Position numbers and translations under genes: made by a program
Assembly (NCBI GenBank): GCA_964525635.1
Contig: CAZGJX010000013.1
Location: 1-51,008 of the forward strand
Direction of reading: 5' to 3'
From: an uncultured archaeon
Lineage (GTDB): Archaea > Asgardarchaeota > Lokiarchaeia > Sigyniarchaeales > SOKP01
DNA length: 51,008 nt
The notes under the pieces: generated by a model
What the model was told of the DNA's origin: nothing
Seen by the model: the letters and a program-made list of their open reading frames with translations, nothing else
Databases searched by the model: none
In this document: in pieces, positions 50,685 through 51,008 of the stretch
Layout: each line of letters starts with the position of its first letter
How positions within the stretch are numbered: the stretch's first letter is position 1

Positions 50685-51008
50685 ATGATTGATGAAAATA
50701 CTAGTATTTTAATCAAAAAATCTGCATTTGGGGGGATAAATCTATATGTAATACTTGTGGAATTAAAGGAAAATTACATTGCCACTCTGATTGGAGATTA
50801 TCAATATTTTTTATCTTGAGTTTTTTAACATTCTTTATTTCAGCTTTATTAGGTTTAATTTATTCTGATTATGATTTAACATTATTAATTATAATCTTAA
50901 TAGGTTGGTTTGGTTATATGTTCTTTTTTTTTAATATATGGGAGAGTCGAATTTTATGCAGTCATTGTCCCTATTATGCAAACGAGAATCAAAGAATATT
51001 ACACAGTT
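50685..51008 (+). pseudogene. 5' part of a Cys-containing membrane protein gene, frameshifted near its start and cut by the window end
   Basis: Frame open from 50705 to the end: KICIWGDKSICNTCGIKGKLHC..2 TM..WESRILCSHCPYY. The nearest upstream ATGs (50685, 50692) are out of frame. Confidence 0.55.

Noticed and set aside
1-51008. CRISPR arrays, tRNA/rRNA genes, IS elements
   Set aside because: No spaced repeats, GC-rich structured RNA segments or transposase/integrase ORFs were seen by eye

Overview
This is a very AT-rich archaeal region whose gene families point to an Asgard archaeon, most likely Lokiarchaeia (inference from GGTGA/GGAGG-type RBSs, poly-T terminators, archaeal MtaB, longin-tailed membrane proteins and a LITAF-like zinc ribbon). 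Electron-bifurcation and C1 redox genes dominate. They include a 13-kb minus-strand hdrC-hdrB-hdrA'-hdrA''-mvhD(+wHTH)-hdrA(fused double)-flxDCBA-frhB-like operon, an extended MvhG-like gene next to a second hdrB, an mvhD-fwdG-fwdF-fwdD-fwdB-fwdC-fdhD cluster lacking fwdA and divergent from korAB, and a canonical hdrCB...hdrA set. Directly upstream of the large hdr operon are two paralogous 8-Cys microproteins, one of them (53 aa) missed by the ORF track. The right third encodes receptor-like single-pass proteins: a 1507-aa beta-helix protein preceded by two wHTH regulator genes (the second overlapping its start), and two tandem 7-bladed propeller + Ig + TM + longin-like proteins. Several small accessory genes are disrupted by stops or frameshifts. 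I saw no rRNA, tRNA, CRISPR, transposase or reverse transcriptase, and all Sec-prone positions are Cys. All calls are by motif recognition; no searches were run.
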